A stretch of 62,765 nt of DNA from the NCBI GenBank assembly GCA_039680225.1, contig JBDKTK010000178.1, positions 1-62,765 on the forward strand, read 5' to 3'. Position numbers and translations under genes: made by a program. The stretch comes from Syntrophaceae bacterium (GTDB lineage: Bacteria; Desulfobacterota; Syntrophia; Syntrophales; UBA4778). How positions within the stretch are numbered: the first letter of the stretch is position 1; the number at the start of each line of letters is the position of its first letter. This document shows, one piece after another, positions 16,609 to 27,278 of the stretch. A model generated the notes under the pieces. The model worked only from the letters and a program-made list of their open reading frames with translations, did no database searches and had not been told where the DNA came from.

Positions 16609-17945
16609 TTAATCCCGGCCGTCCGGATTCTGATCTCTATTTTCTTCCGCTCGATAGTCGACGAGTACACGGCTATGACGGGCCTCACGTATTTCCGGGC
16701 ACCGGCCGCTCCGGCCGGGCCATTGAGGTAAAGCGCTTCCACCTCCTCACCCGCAATCCCGGCCGTGCGCAAATCGTCCGCCTTCACGGCAACCCTCAGG
16801 CGGGCGTCCAAAGGCCTGGGAAAATCATGCGCGGCAATCGGGCCGAGGACCGCATCGTACCCGATGATTTCAAACCTGACATCTGAAACAGGGACCTTCC
16901 TCATTTTGAAACGGTCGCCGACTATTTGCGCGGCCAGCCGCGCCCTTTCGTAAGCGCCCTCGCCCGCAAAGGAAATCTCGCCCTCCCCGATATAGCCTTC
17001 CCGGATACCGAGGGAAACCTTCAGCTTTTCCGGGCGGGGCCCGCCGGAGGCCCCCGAGACCAGCACGCTGTCCGTGCCGCAGTCTTTCAATTCGATGCGG
17101 GAAAAATCGGCCGACACATCGGGCGTCAAGTATGCCGCCGGGTCGTGGATTTCGTACAGGAGCTGCTCCTTGCAGGTCCTCACAGATACCAATCCCCCGC
17201 TCCCCCGCACTTTCGTGATCACGGCCGTTCCGTCTTCGGCCGCTTCGGCCAGCGGAAAGCCAAGCCGGGAAAGTTTCGGTACATCTTTTAACCCGGGCTC
17301 CGCGAAAAACCCTCCCGTCACCTGGCCGGCGCATTCCAGCAGATGCCCTGTTGCGGTGCCCGCGCCGAGCCGCCCCCAATCATCGGCGGCCCAGCCGAAC
17401 TCGTGCACCATGGGGGCGAGGAAGAGCGAGGGGTCCGCGACCCTTCCTGTCAGGATGACATTGCATCCCTTCTGCAGGCAGGGCACGATGGCCTCAACTC
17501 CGACATAGGCGTTTGCGGAAACCATCCTGTCCCGGTATTCCCTTACGGGCAGTCCGGTCTCCCACACGGGCGACCGGGATTCCGCGATCTTCTCCAGGAC
17601 ATCGTCGCCCGTCACCGCGGCGATTTTCAGGTTCGCTGCGCCGATTGCTTCCGCGACTTCGAGTGTCGCCGCCATGGCAGCCGGCGGGTTGGCCGCGCCC
17701 ATGTTGGAGATCATTACGAGGCCCCGCGCGCAATACGGAAGTATCGCCGCCATCCTCTCCCGCAGGAGCTGGCCGTATCCCAGGGCCGGATTATTTTGCT
17801 TTTCGAGCTGGGCTATGGCTATTGTGCGCTCGGCAAGGCAGTCGAAGCACAGGTACTGGATGTCCCCTTTTTCGGCGAGCTCGACTGCCGGGTCGATCCT
17901 GTCCCCCGCGTATCCGGCCCCGGCGCCTATCCTGATCTTTTTCAT
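16605..17945 (-). CDS. Acyclic terpene utilisation AtuA family protein (DUF1446)
   Basis: 446 aa. N-terminal IRIGAGAGYAGDRIDPAVELAE.G...YLCFDCLAERTIA is typical of DUF1446. Confidence 0.8.
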   Translation of the reverse strand: MKKIRIGAGAGYAGDRIDPAVELAEKGDIQYLCFDCLAERTIAIAQLEKQNNPALGYGQLLRERMAAILPYCARGLVMISNMGAANPPAAMAATLEVAEAIGAANLKIAAVTGDDVLEKIAESRSPVWETGLPVREYRDRMVSANAYVGVEAIVPCLQKGCNVILTGRVADPSLFLAPMVHEFGWAADDWGRLGAGTATGHLLECAGQVTGGFFAEPGLKDVPKLSRLGFPLAEAAEDGTAVITKVRGSGGLVSVRTCKEQLLYEIHDPAAYLTPDVSADFSRIELKDCGTDSVLVSGASGGPRPEKLKVSLGIREGYIGEGEISFAGEGAYERARLAAQIVGDRFKMRKVPVSDVRFEIIGYDAVLGPIAAHDFPRPLDARLRVAVKADDLRTAGIAGEEVEALYLNGPAGAAGARKYVRPVIAVYSSTIERKKIEIRIRTAGIK

Positions 17946-18013
17946 AATGCCGTGTTATTATCAGAAACGGCTCAATCGCGCTATTTGGAACTGAACGCTG
18001 CGCGGGGCCGGAA

Positions 18014-18448
18014 CTACGCCGACCGGATCACCTCCGCGGCAGCCCTGAGCGAATCGTCTTCGGCGAGTCTCGCGAGCTCGCGGGGGGACTCCTGGAAATT
18101 CTCGAGCGCGTTGAAGAACCTGTCCAGGACATCGCCGCCGAAGGTGGGAATCAGGAAGATATGGGTGTGCGGTATCCTGCGGCCGCGGGCATACATGCAG
18201 ACGAAATCGGGCTTGAGCGCTTTCATCATCTTGCCCGCGACAGTCCGCGCCGTTCTGAAGACGCTCTCCGATTCCGCTTCTTCCAGCTCGTGCCACCACG
18301 GGACGTGGCTTTTGGATATCACCAGGCAATGGCCCTTCGCATACGGGTTGATGTCCATGATCGCCAGAGAATGCTCGTCCTCAAGGACAATGTGAGCGGG
18401 AGCGGCGCCTTTCACTATCTCGCAGAATATGCACTTCGTTTCAGCCAT
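18014..18448 (-). CDS. HIT family protein
   Basis: 144 aa. C.FC.I N-terminus and histidine-triad-like HTHIFLIP. Confidence 0.85.
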   Translation of the reverse strand: MAETKCIFCEIVKGAAPAHIVLEDEHSLAIMDINPYAKGHCLVISKSHVPWWHELEEAESESVFRTARTVAGKMMKALKPDFVCMYARGRRIPHTHIFLIPTFGGDVLDRFFNALENFQESPRELARLAEDDSLRAAAEVIRSA

Positions 18449-18488
18449 CCTTTTTGTCCTCCATTATGGACAGGGATCCAAGCCCGGT

Positions 18489-18527
18489 CTATACAAGGGG
18501 CAGGTTTGAAACCTGCCCCTTGTATAG
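18489..18527. repeat. 39-nt perfect palindrome (REP-like element) CTATACAAGGGGCAGGTTT-g-AAACCTGCCCCTTGTATAG
   Basis: Two 19-nt arms read directly from the sequence. The core GGGGCAGGTTTGAAACCTGCCCC resembles the units at 47339-47406. Confidence 0.8.
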
Positions 18528-18570
18528 AATGGTCATGAGTTTTTGGGAGGATATAACCTGAAAAAATAAA

Positions 18571-18598
18571 AAAAGCGAGCCGGGAACAGCTCGCTTTT
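18571..18598 (-). terminator. Rho-independent terminator of the M48 lipoprotein gene
   Basis: Stem AAAAGCGAGC/GCTCGCTTTT with an 8-nt loop. On the minus strand a long T-rich tract follows (complement of 18561-18570). Confidence 0.75.
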
Positions 18599-18618
18599 CC
18601 TGCACCCCAACATGAAAA

Positions 18619-19434
18619 TTATTGGGGGCGGTAATACTTCATCGCTTCCGGGATGAGCGATTTTATATTTTCAATCCTGCTTTGCGGGTTGGGATGGGTC
18701 GACAGGAATTCGGGCGTCCTGGCGCCTCCCTGGGCGGCCATCCTCTGCCACAGGGGGACAGCGTTTCTCGGATCATAACCGGCCAACGCCATCAGCACGA
18801 GCCCGATCCGGTCGGCCTCGTTCTCCTGGACCCTGCTGTACGGCAGAAGAAAACCCACATTCGCCCCGACCCCGTAAGCGGTCTGGAATAATTGCTGCGT
18901 CGCCGCCGGCTGCTGGGCAAGCGCCACGGACAGGCCGACCCCGCCCAATTGCGCAATCAGGCCCTGGCTCATCCGCTCGTTTCCATGTTTTGCTATTGCG
19001 TGCGCTATTTCATGGCCCAGGACAACAGCCAAACCGTTCTCGTCCTGCGTGACGGGGAGCAATCCGGTGTACACCGCGACCTTTCCTCCCGGCATAGCCC
19101 AGGCATTGACTGTTTTATCATCCTGGATGAGAGAAAACTGCCATTTGAAATCCTTGATTTCGTCCGCCTGGTTATTCTGCTTCAAAAAAGTCTCTGTCGC
19201 GGACGCGATCTTCTGGCCTACCCTCTGCACCATCTGGACTTTGGCCGAGTCCTGGGACAGCTGTGACTTCTTCAGGACTTCCCCATACTGATCGTTAGCC
19301 AGCGCTATCACCTGGCTGTCAGGCACCAGGTCAAAGGTTCTCCTCCCGGTCAGGGGGACCGTCGCGCAGGCAATTAAAACCGAAACAGTGAAAATTGCGA
19401 AAGCCCTTCCCGATACCGATTCTAATCTTTTCAT
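18619..19434 (-). CDS. M48 family metallopeptidase, lipoprotein
   Basis: HEIAHAIAKH zinc motif. Start moved to ATG 19434 (GGAGG upstream), giving MKRLESVSGRAFAIFTVSVLIAC with a lipobox and removing the overlap with gap. Confidence 0.85.
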   Translation of the reverse strand: MKRLESVSGRAFAIFTVSVLIACATVPLTGRRTFDLVPDSQVIALANDQYGEVLKKSQLSQDSAKVQMVQRVGQKIASATETFLKQNNQADEIKDFKWQFSLIQDDKTVNAWAMPGGKVAVYTGLLPVTQDENGLAVVLGHEIAHAIAKHGNERMSQGLIAQLGGVGLSVALAQQPAATQQLFQTAYGVGANVGFLLPYSRVQENEADRIGLVLMALAGYDPRNAVPLWQRMAAQGGARTPEFLSTHPNPQSRIENIKSLIPEAMKYYRPQ

Positions 19435-19459
19435 TTCAACCTCCGGAACCACCTGTTGG

Positions 19460-20509
<1,050 letters not shown>

Positions 20510-21073
20510 TTATAAATCGTCAAGCCGGTAACGGTTCTCGATGACAAGGTCATAATTCTTCCGCAGGGCCTGGTACAGCCGGGCGTTGTCGATGGCAATG
20601 GCGCTGAGGTTGGCGACGGCTTCGAGGAATTTGATCTCCTGCTCGTCGAACTCGCGTTCCGTGCCCGAATACACCCGCATCACCCCGATGACATTGTCCC
20701 CCACCCGCAGCGGCACCACCAGGACTGAAATGATCCCTTCGCGTTTCGCCATGTCCCGGTACTGGAAATTCCTGTCGGTCTGGGCGTTGCGGACATATAT
20801 GGTTTCGCCTTTGAGGGATTTGCGGTCGATGCCGCTTTCCTTCACCAGGACAGGCCCTTTGTGCAGGTACTCTTCGGAAAGCCCGCAGTTGGCGCCCAGC
20901 ATGAGCCTTTGGCCCTTGGAGTCGAGAAGTCTCAGGGAGCAGGCCTTTACTTTCATGGTTTCCGTGACGCACCGAACTATCGTAGTGAGTATCTGCGAGA
21001 CGTCCAGCGTGCCGTTAACGACTTTCGCCACGTTATAAATAGCGGTGAAATAGTCCATTTTCTTTTTTGCCAT
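20510..21073 (-). CDS. Stand-alone GAF domain protein
   Basis: 187 aa with the pattern LD..Q.L..IV......M...ACS.RLLD...L......GLS..Y...G..... GAGGTG lies 8 nt before the ATG. Confidence 0.75.
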   Translation of the reverse strand: MAKKKMDYFTAIYNVAKVVNGTLDVSQILTTIVRCVTETMKVKACSLRLLDSKGQRLMLGANCGLSEEYLHKGPVLVKESGIDRKSLKGETIYVRNAQTDRNFQYRDMAKREGIISVLVVPLRVGDNVIGVMRVYSGTEREFDEQEIKFLEAVANLSAIAIDNARLYQALRKNYDLVIENRYRLDDL

Positions 21074-21159
21074 TTTTGTTTCACCTCTCAGCCGCAGCCC
21101 GCTCGAGGCCGTTTTTCTTTTTAAAGGTTAGTTTATTTTTTGGGAAAAAGTCAAAAGTT

Positions 21160-21642
21160 TCACCTGGCAACATTAACCCTGACCGGGTTGAGGGCCTTCT
21201 CAAGGTCCCGGGGAGAAATCACGGCCAGCAGGCCCCTGCTGCCCGCATTGATCAATATCCGGGGAAGTTCCAGGATAGAGCTTTCAACGTAGATTGGCAG
21301 CTTCTGTTTCGTTCCAAAAGGGGAAGTCCCCCCCACCATGTATCCGGTGAGCCTCTGCGCCCTTTGGGGATCGCAGGCGCTGACCGATTTCACTGAGAGC
21401 AGCCGCGCCATTTCCTTGGCGGATATCTCTTTATTGCCGTGCATCAGGACTATAAACGCATGCCGGCTGTCGTCTTCCATTACAATGGTTTTGACAATCA
21501 TGTTTTCGTCCACGAGCAGCTGGCTTGAAGCCCTTTCAGTGCCGCCATGTTGTTCGTACTTGTAGCTGTGCAGCTCGAAGGGAATCTGCTTCTCTTTTAA
21601 AAACCTGGTTGCCGGTGTCGAGGGGAAATTCTCCCTGGCCAT
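21160..21642 (-). CDS. ybaK: Cys-tRNA(Pro)/Cys-tRNA(Cys) deacylase YbaK
   Basis: 160 aa, collinear with E. coli YbaK (TGY.VGG.SPFG.K..LP motif). Confidence 0.85.
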   Translation of the reverse strand: MARENFPSTPATRFLKEKQIPFELHSYKYEQHGGTERASSQLLVDENMIVKTIVMEDDSRHAFIVLMHGNKEISAKEMARLLSVKSVSACDPQRAQRLTGYMVGGTSPFGTKQKLPIYVESSILELPRILINAGSRGLLAVISPRDLEKALNPVRVNVAR

Positions 21643-21644
21643 GA

Positions 21645-22538
21645 TCAGGCCCCTTTCCTTTCCCGAAGCTTTCTCTCTATCTCATCCCGGACGGACTGCT
21701 TGTCGAGGGACCACAACGGCGCAATGACCTCATCCTTGTGGGGATCTCCCGTGATGCGGTGGATGACCATCCCCTCCGGCAGAACTGATAAAAACTCGCA
21801 CATTATTTCCGCATACTCGCCGAGCTCGAGGCATTTATATTCGCCCCTGAGGAAAAGCTCATGGAGGATAGTGCCGCGGCTGACATAGAGCAAATGAATT
21901 TTTATTCCCTGTATGTCCAAAGCGGCTATGGCCCGGGCGGTCGCAAGCATGTCGGCCGCGGTCTCCCCCGGCAGCCCCAGGATGACATGGACGCAGACAT
22001 CTATCCCCCGCGCGCGGGTGCGTCCCAGCGCGTCGAGGAACGCATTGCAGTCGTGGCCCCTGTTGATCCTTTGCAGGGTCCGATCGTGGATGGATTGCAG
22101 CCCGTATTCCATATAGACGTATGTTTCCCGGCTGAGGCGGGCGATCATGTCCAGGACCTCGTCCGGGACGCAGTCCGGCCGCGTCCCGATCGCCAGGCCG
22201 ACAATGTCCGGGACGGCAAGGGCCCTCCTGTAAAGGGACTCAAGCCTGTCAACAGGGCCGTAGGTGTTTGAAAACGACTGGAAATACGCGATGAACTTCC
22301 GGGCCTTGTAGCGCCGCCGGAGGAACTTTTTCCCGGACTCAAGCTGCTCCTCCATGTCCTGCCGGGCGCCGGCGCCGGTCCCCGAGCCGAGGAGGTTGCA
22401 ATATATGCAGCCTCCGGTCCCCACCCGGCCATCCCTGTTCGGGCAGCCCAGACCCGCATCCAGGCTGATCTTCTGGACGCGGCAGCCGAAGCGGTTTCTC
22501 AGAAATGTATTGAGATCAAGATACGGCGGGCTTGACAT
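21645..22538 (-). CDS. TIGR01212 family radical SAM protein (YhcC-like)
   Basis: Family-typical cluster CPNRDGRVGTGGCIYCN. Start moved to ATG 22538 (GAAGGA upstream) from the track start 22649. Confidence 0.85.
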   Translation of the reverse strand: MSSPPYLDLNTFLRNRFGCRVQKISLDAGLGCPNRDGRVGTGGCIYCNLLGSGTGAGARQDMEEQLESGKKFLRRRYKARKFIAYFQSFSNTYGPVDRLESLYRRALAVPDIVGLAIGTRPDCVPDEVLDMIARLSRETYVYMEYGLQSIHDRTLQRINRGHDCNAFLDALGRTRARGIDVCVHVILGLPGETAADMLATARAIAALDIQGIKIHLLYVSRGTILHELFLRGEYKCLELGEYAEIMCEFLSVLPEGMVIHRITGDPHKDEVIAPLWSLDKQSVRDEIERKLRERKGA

Positions 22539-22649
22539 GATTCCTTCACCATATATAATGCCCCTCTCGGTTGGCGGGAGCGGATTAATTCTGACCTTCC
22601 CGGTGGGAAATGTCAAACCAATTCCATAAGTTGAAAAAAGAGGAGTCAC

Positions 22650-22711
22650 TTCGACAAGCTCAGTGAACGAGGTTTTAAAGTTTCATAATCCCGCTCGTTG
22701 AGCCTGTCGAA
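22650..22711. repeat. Imperfect inverted repeat TTCGACAAGCTCAgtgAACGAG ... CTCGTTGAGCCTGTCGAA
   Basis: Arms at 22650-22671 and 22694-22711 in the divergent intergenic region upstream of mnmG. The TCGACARGCTCA-type arm resembles widespread intergenic palindromic elements. Confidence 0.55.
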
Positions 22712-22745
22712 ACGATACCCTTGAACTAAGGCGAAAGTATCACAT

Positions 22746-24647
22746 ATGGCGGTTTATCCGAAAAAATTTGACGTGATTGTGATCGGGGCGGGCCACGCCG
22801 GCTGCGAGGCCGCGCTCGCCTCGGCCCGCATGGGCTGCGAGACGCTCCTGTTTTCGATCTACCTGGACACCGTCGCGCACATGCCGTGCTCGCCCTCCAT
22901 AGGCGGCGTGGGCAAAGGGCACCTCGTCAAGGAGATCGACGCCCTCGGCGGCGAGATGGGGAAGATTGCCGACCAGACCGCAATCCAGTTCAGGACATTG
23001 AACACGAGGAAGGGGCCGGCCGTCCAGAGCACGAGGACGCAGAACGACAAGCCCCGCTACCGCATGCTGATGAAAGGGGTGCTCGAGCGCCAGCCCCGCC
23101 TGGAACTCAAGCAGAGCCTGATAGAGGAAATCCTGGTCGAAGGCGGCAAGGTCGCGGGCGTCAGGGACCATATCGGTTCCGTCTTCATGGCCGGGGCCGT
23201 TGTGATTACCACGGGAACATTTTTACACGGCCTGGTCCACATCGGCGCGTCGCGCATCGTCTCGGGAAGGGCCGGGGAGTTTGCGGCCGTGGGCCTGGCC
23301 GACAACCTCAAGGCGCTTGGCTTCCAGACAGGAAGGATGAAGACCGGGACGCCCGCAAGGGTGAGGAAAGGCAGCATCAACTTCTCCTGCTTCAAGGAGC
23401 AGCCGGGAGATGCCGAGCCACGCTGCTTCTCGCGTTTTACCCGGGAGATTTCCCTTCCCCAGGTGTCGTGCTATATCGGCCACACGAACCCCCGCACCCA
23501 CGAAATCGTCAGGCGCAACATAAACCTTTCGCCGCTCTACGACGGCACGATCAAGGGGGTGTCGGCCCGCTACTGCCCCTCGCTTGAGGACAAGGTGATA
23601 AAGTTCTCTTCCCGCGAGCGCCATCAGATCATCCTGGAGCCCGAGGGGTTGGATTCCGAGGAAATTTACGTGAGCGGGACGGGCAATTCGCTGCCATATG
23701 GTGTCCAGCTGGAAATCCTGCATTCGATCGCGGGGCTGGAGTATGCGGAAATAATGCGCCCCGCGTATGCGATCGAATACGATTACGTCCTGCCGACCCA
23801 GCTGAAGCCGACGCTTGAGGCCAAAGCTGTCGAAAACCTGTACATGGCCGGGCAGATAAACGGGACTTCCGGGTACGAGGAAGCCGCCGCGCAGGGGCTC
23901 TGGGCGGGAATCAATGCCGCCCTGAAGGCGCAGAAGAGGCCCGCTTTCGTCCTGGACCGCTCGGAGGCTTACATGGGTGTCATGGTGGACGACCTTGTAA
24001 CACGCGGGACCGATGAGCCTTACAGGATGATGACCTCCCGGGCCGAGTACCGCCTGCTGCTGCGCGAGGACAACGCCGACCTGCGGCTCCTGGAGAAGGG
24101 CTATGAACTGGGGCTCCACGACCGGAATACCTTCAATCAGCTCCGGGAAACAAAGGCCCTGATCGATCAGGAGATGCTGCGCCTGAAAAACACTTGCTGC
24201 CGTCCCGCCGTGTGCAACCCCGTCCTGGAGAAATATTTCTCCTCGCCGGTTGCGGATACCGTCTCACTTTACCAGATCCTGAAAAGGCCGGAAATCCGCT
24301 ATGCGCAAATCCGGGAAATCGAGGGCGCTCAGGCCGGCCCTGCGGGACTCGGCCCGGCCGTCAGCAGCCAGGCCGAAATCCAGTGCAAGTACGAGGGCTA
24401 TCTCGAAAGGCAGGAATCCGAAGTTCGCAAATTCAAGAACCTCGAGAGGATCGCGGTCCCTGATGAACTGGACTACTCGGATATCCCGGGCCTGTCGAAT
24501 GAGTCAAGGCAAAAGCTCGTCGCAATCCGGCCCCGCACCCTGGGGCAGGCTTCCCGCATTCCCGGTATCACGCCTTCGGCGATATCGGTGCTCATGATAT
24601 TCCTGAAAAGCAGGCAGCCGGAAAAATTCGGGCCCGGATCTCCTTAA
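22746..24647 (+). CDS. mnmG: tRNA uridine-5-carboxymethylaminomethyl(34) synthesis enzyme MnmG
   Basis: 633 aa. [19 protein letters not shown] motif and full-length collinearity with GidA/MnmG. Confidence 0.97.
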   Translation: MAVYPKKFDVIVIGAGHAGCEAALASARMGCETLLFSIYLDTVAHMPCSPSIGGVGKGHLVKEIDALGGEMGKIADQTAIQFRTLNTRKGPAVQSTRTQNDKPRYRMLMKGVLERQPRLELKQSLIEEILVEGGKVAGVRDHIGSVFMAGAVVITTGTFLHGLVHIGASRIVSGRAGEFAAVGLADNLKALGFQTGRMKTGTPARVRKGSINFSCFKEQPGDAEPRCFSRFTREISLPQVSCYIGHTNPRTHEIVRRNINLSPLYDGTIKGVSARYCPSLEDKVIKFSSRERHQIILEPEGLDSEEIYVSGTGNSLPYGVQLEILHSIAGLEYAEIMRPAYAIEYDYVLPTQLKPTLEAKAVENLYMAGQINGTSGYEEAAAQGLWAGINAALKAQKRPAFVLDRSEAYMGVMVDDLVTRGTDEPYRMMTSRAEYRLLLREDNADLRLLEKGYELGLHDRNTFNQLRETKALIDQEMLRLKNTCCRPAVCNPVLEKYFSSPVADTVSLYQILKRPEIRYAQIREIEGAQAGPAGLGPAVSSQAEIQCKYEGYLERQESEVRKFKNLERIAVPDELDYSDIPGLSNESRQKLVAIRPRTLGQASRIPGITPSAISVLMIFLKSRQPEKFGPGSP

Positions 24648-24870
24648 GGACAGCCGCAAGGCCTGAATATCCCATCCGCCCACCAGACGTTCAGCAATAC
24701 GCTGAAGGCCGGCCGGCACGGAAATCCCCGACGTTGACAGGTCTCGATTAACACTCAATGAGTACTCTAAATCAACAGAAAAGATAAGCATGTTGCTTAA
24801 AGATCGTTCATCAGTTGGTAATAAATTCGCCAGAATCATAAGAATTGCTAATATTTACGATAAAAAATTA

Positions 24871-24899
24871 TTGACATACATTTATTTATTTGCTTTACT
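24871..24899 (+). promoter_or_regulatory. Sigma70-like promoter candidate (TTGACA-17 nt-TTTACT)
   Basis: Perfect -35 hexamer, 17-nt AT-rich spacer and a 4/6 -10 match, about 285 nt upstream of the PilZ gene ATG. Sequence match only. Confidence 0.4.
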
Positions 24900-25020
24900 T
24901 AAACGTCCTCGCGCATCAAATAGAATTTGAGCCGGAAGATTGATCCACCTAGAAAAGTGAGCGTAACTGTTTCGGAGAAGCATGAGGATAATGAATCCCG
25001 CGACATCATACATCTCATCA

Positions 25021-25045
25021 GTGCGGTCGCACTGTGCCGTCGCAC
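25021..25045. promoter_or_regulatory. Tandem interrupted palindromes GTGC-N4-GCAC (operator-like or RNA hairpins)
   Basis: gtgcggtcgcac (25021-25032) and gtgccgtcgcac (25034-25045), 13-nt period, inside the long leader of the PilZ gene. Confidence 0.35.
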
Positions 25046-25184
25046 ACCCGGCTTTCCCGATAACACAAAATAATTCCTGCAAAACATATGGCTCAAAGAT
25101 AAACGCCGGGTTTCAGACCGGAAGCGCGGTCTCAGCAATTTTCCTCCCGTCAGGATTTTGTTTCCCGGAAAGGAGATGCCTCTG

Positions 25185-27278
25185 ATGAACTCCCGTAATT
25201 CGGCCCAGGTCCTCTCTCTTGAAATGGGTTCCCTGAGGAGGCTTTTCGAAGATGAGCTCCTTCTCCCGCCGTGGCTTTTCAAACAGCAGGAATTAAGCAG
25301 CGCCCTTGAATCGGCTAAGAAACTGGACCATTCGGAACTGCTGAACAAGATCAATTATATACATTTCATGGGCGAGGATTTGTACATCAACATGCTCCAT
25401 CCCCGGTACAAGGAAGGCATTTTGCTTAAAGCCCATCCCGAGCCATGCATGGGAAGCGACGTGACATGCCACTGGGCCGAGGGGGACCTTTCGGGACTGA
25501 ACCTTGAATCATATGAATTCCAATGGCTGATAATCTGCGACGGCCAGCTGATCATTTTTGTTCCCGCAACGCTGATTTCCATCAGCGGCCAGTCCATATC
25601 CCTGAAACTCCACGAGCAGGCGTATGTCCTGGGCCAGAGGAAAGTCCGGCGCTACCTGTGCCAATCCGTGAGGGCGGAACTCATGCAGTCCGGTTTTGTC
25701 GCCAAAGGGAACCTTGTTGATTTCAGCCCCCTGGGGTTCAGGATCAGAGTCAATCCCGATGCCCAATGCTCATTCAACTGGCTCAATCCCGATGAAATGG
25801 TCTGCATAAACCTTTACAACGGAGAGAATGTCGTCCTCACCGCGTTCTGCTACGTTGTCCGCCAGGGAGACGCCACCCGCGGCAGGGACATCGTGCTGAA
25901 ACCGAACCAGGACCCGATAAACAGGTTCTCGAAAAAGGTCATCAGGAACACGCGTTACCGCCTAACCCCCCAGCCGACCATTTCCTGCGAACACCCGCTG
26001 ACAAAGAAAAAGGTCCAGCGGATGGTCTGGGACATTTCGATCTCCGGCCTTTCGGTTGACGAACCTTCCGATGAGGGCGTCCTCATGCCGGGAATGGTGA
26101 TTTCCGACCTGGTCATAAATTACGCGGGACTTTTGAAGCTCAAGTGCAAGGCCCAGGTGGTATACCGCAAGGACGAAGGAGAGAAATCCGTCAGGTGCGG
26201 GCTGGCGATCCTTGACATGGACATCAGAACATACTCCCGGCTTTCCCAGATAATAGCCAATCACCAGGACGCCCACAACCAGGTTTCCAGCGAGGTTGAC
26301 GTGGACGCCCTGTGGGAATTCCTGTTTGATACAGGTTTTATCTACCCCAAAAAATACAACCTCTTCCAGTCATACAGGGATGATTTCAAGGAGACTTACC
26401 GAAAGCTCTACCAGGAAAATCCGGAAATCGCCCGCCATTTCACCTATGAAAAGAATGGGAAGATCTATGCCCATATGTCGATGGTCAGGGCATATGACCG
26501 CGCCTGGGTTATCCATCACCATGCGGCCCGGCCCATGATGGGCAAGCGGACGGGGTTCGTGGTTTTAAAACAGATCATGAATTATATAAACGGCGTTTAC
26601 CTGCTGCCTTCGGCAAAAATGGATTATGTCTTGTGTTATTTCCGGCCCGATAACCGGTTCCCGGATATGATGTTCGGCGATTTTTCCAGGACGCTGGGAA
26701 ATCAGAGGGGCTGCTCCCTGGACCTTTACGCATATCTGCCCTTCCCGACAGGCGGCCCATCGCCGATCCTTCCGGAGGGATGGGTATTGAAGGAAGCGTC
26801 CCCCCTGGAGATCTGGGAATTCGATCTATTCTATAAAAGCAATTCGGGGGGCCTGCTTATCGATGCATTCGGAATGCGGCCAAAGCGGAGCGACGACGAA
26901 AACCTGGGCAGGCTGTTCGCCAGGCTGGGCTTTTTCAGGAACTGGCGGGTGTATTCGCTGCTTCGCGACAGGGAGCTGAAGGCGATTTTCATCGTCAATC
27001 AATCGGACCTCGGGATCAATCTCTCCGAACTGCTCAACTCCATTACTGTCACGGTGATAGACCGGAAGGGCCTGACGTGGGACATCCTTTCCCGCGCAAT
27101 CGAGAACTTCACGGGCGGCTACAAGATCGATAATATCCCCGTCATGATTTATCCTGTCGACTATGCAAAAGAAAAAAACGTGCCCTACGAAAAAGAATAC
27201 TATCTCTGGATCTTGAACCTGCAATACGCCAACGACTACCTGCAGCACATGCAGCAGAAATTCGGGGTCAACTTTTAA
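25185..27278 (+). CDS. Large PilZ domain protein (two PilZ domains plus an unassigned C-terminal half of about 330 aa)
   Basis: PilZ signatures RKVRR...DFSPLG (canonical RxxxR / DxSxxG) and RNTRYR...DISISG (first motif degenerate). Start taken at ATG 25185 (AGGAG 9 nt upstream); 25176 and the track start 25158 are in frame. Confidence 0.75.
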   Translation: MNSRNSAQVLSLEMGSLRRLFEDELLLPPWLFKQQELSSALESAKKLDHSELLNKINYIHFMGEDLYINMLHPRYKEGILLKAHPEPCMGSDVTCHWAEGDLSGLNLESYEFQWLIICDGQLIIFVPATLISISGQSISLKLHEQAYVLGQRKVRRYLCQSVRAELMQSGFVAKGNLVDFSPLGFRIRVNPDAQCSFNWLNPDEMVCINLYNGENVVLTAFCYVVRQGDATRGRDIVLKPNQDPINRFSKKVIRNTRYRLTPQPTISCEHPLTKKKVQRMVWDISISGLSVDEPSDEGVLMPGMVISDLVINYAGLLKLKCKAQVVYRKDEGEKSVRCGLAILDMDIRTYSRLSQIIANHQDAHNQVSSEVDVDALWEFLFDTGFIYPKKYNLFQSYRDDFKETYRKLYQENPEIARHFTYEKNGKIYAHMSMVRAYDRAWVIHHHAARPMMGKRTGFVVLKQIMNYINGVYLLPSAKMDYVLCYFRPDNRFPDMMFGDFSRTLGNQRGCSLDLYAYLPFPTGGPSPILPEGWVLKEASPLEIWEFDLFYKSNSGGLLIDAFGMRPKRSDDENLGRLFARLGFFRNWRVYSLLRDRELKAIFIVNQSDLGINLSELLNSITVTVIDRKGLTWDILSRAIENFTGGYKIDNIPVMIYPVDYAKEKNVPYEKEYYLWILNLQYANDYLQHMQQKFGVNF

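Noticed and set aside
24648-25184. Possible replication origin, because mnmG (gidA) is often origin-proximal and the downstream 500 nt are AT-rich.
   Set aside because: I found only one weak DnaA-box-like 9-mer (TGATCCACC near 24941, 7/9 to TTATCCACA). There is no cluster of boxes, no dnaA/dnaN/rsmG/parAB nearby and no obvious 13-mer AT repeats. It is better explained as a promoter plus long leader of the PilZ operon.
24900-25184. c-di-GMP riboswitch (GEMM-I/II) in the leader of the PilZ/HD-GYP operon.
   Set aside because: The conserved GEMM-I segments that I remember (GGCAAACC, GACGCAAAGCC with the GNRA tetraloop/receptor layout) are not present. Only an Infernal scan could exclude a divergent member.
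24982-25185. 67-aa ORF and other short ORFs inside the PilZ leader as possible upstream regulatory genes.
   Set aside because: There is no Shine-Dalgarno sequence and the composition is atypical. It overlaps the palindromic dyads, and nothing suggests a conserved peptide.
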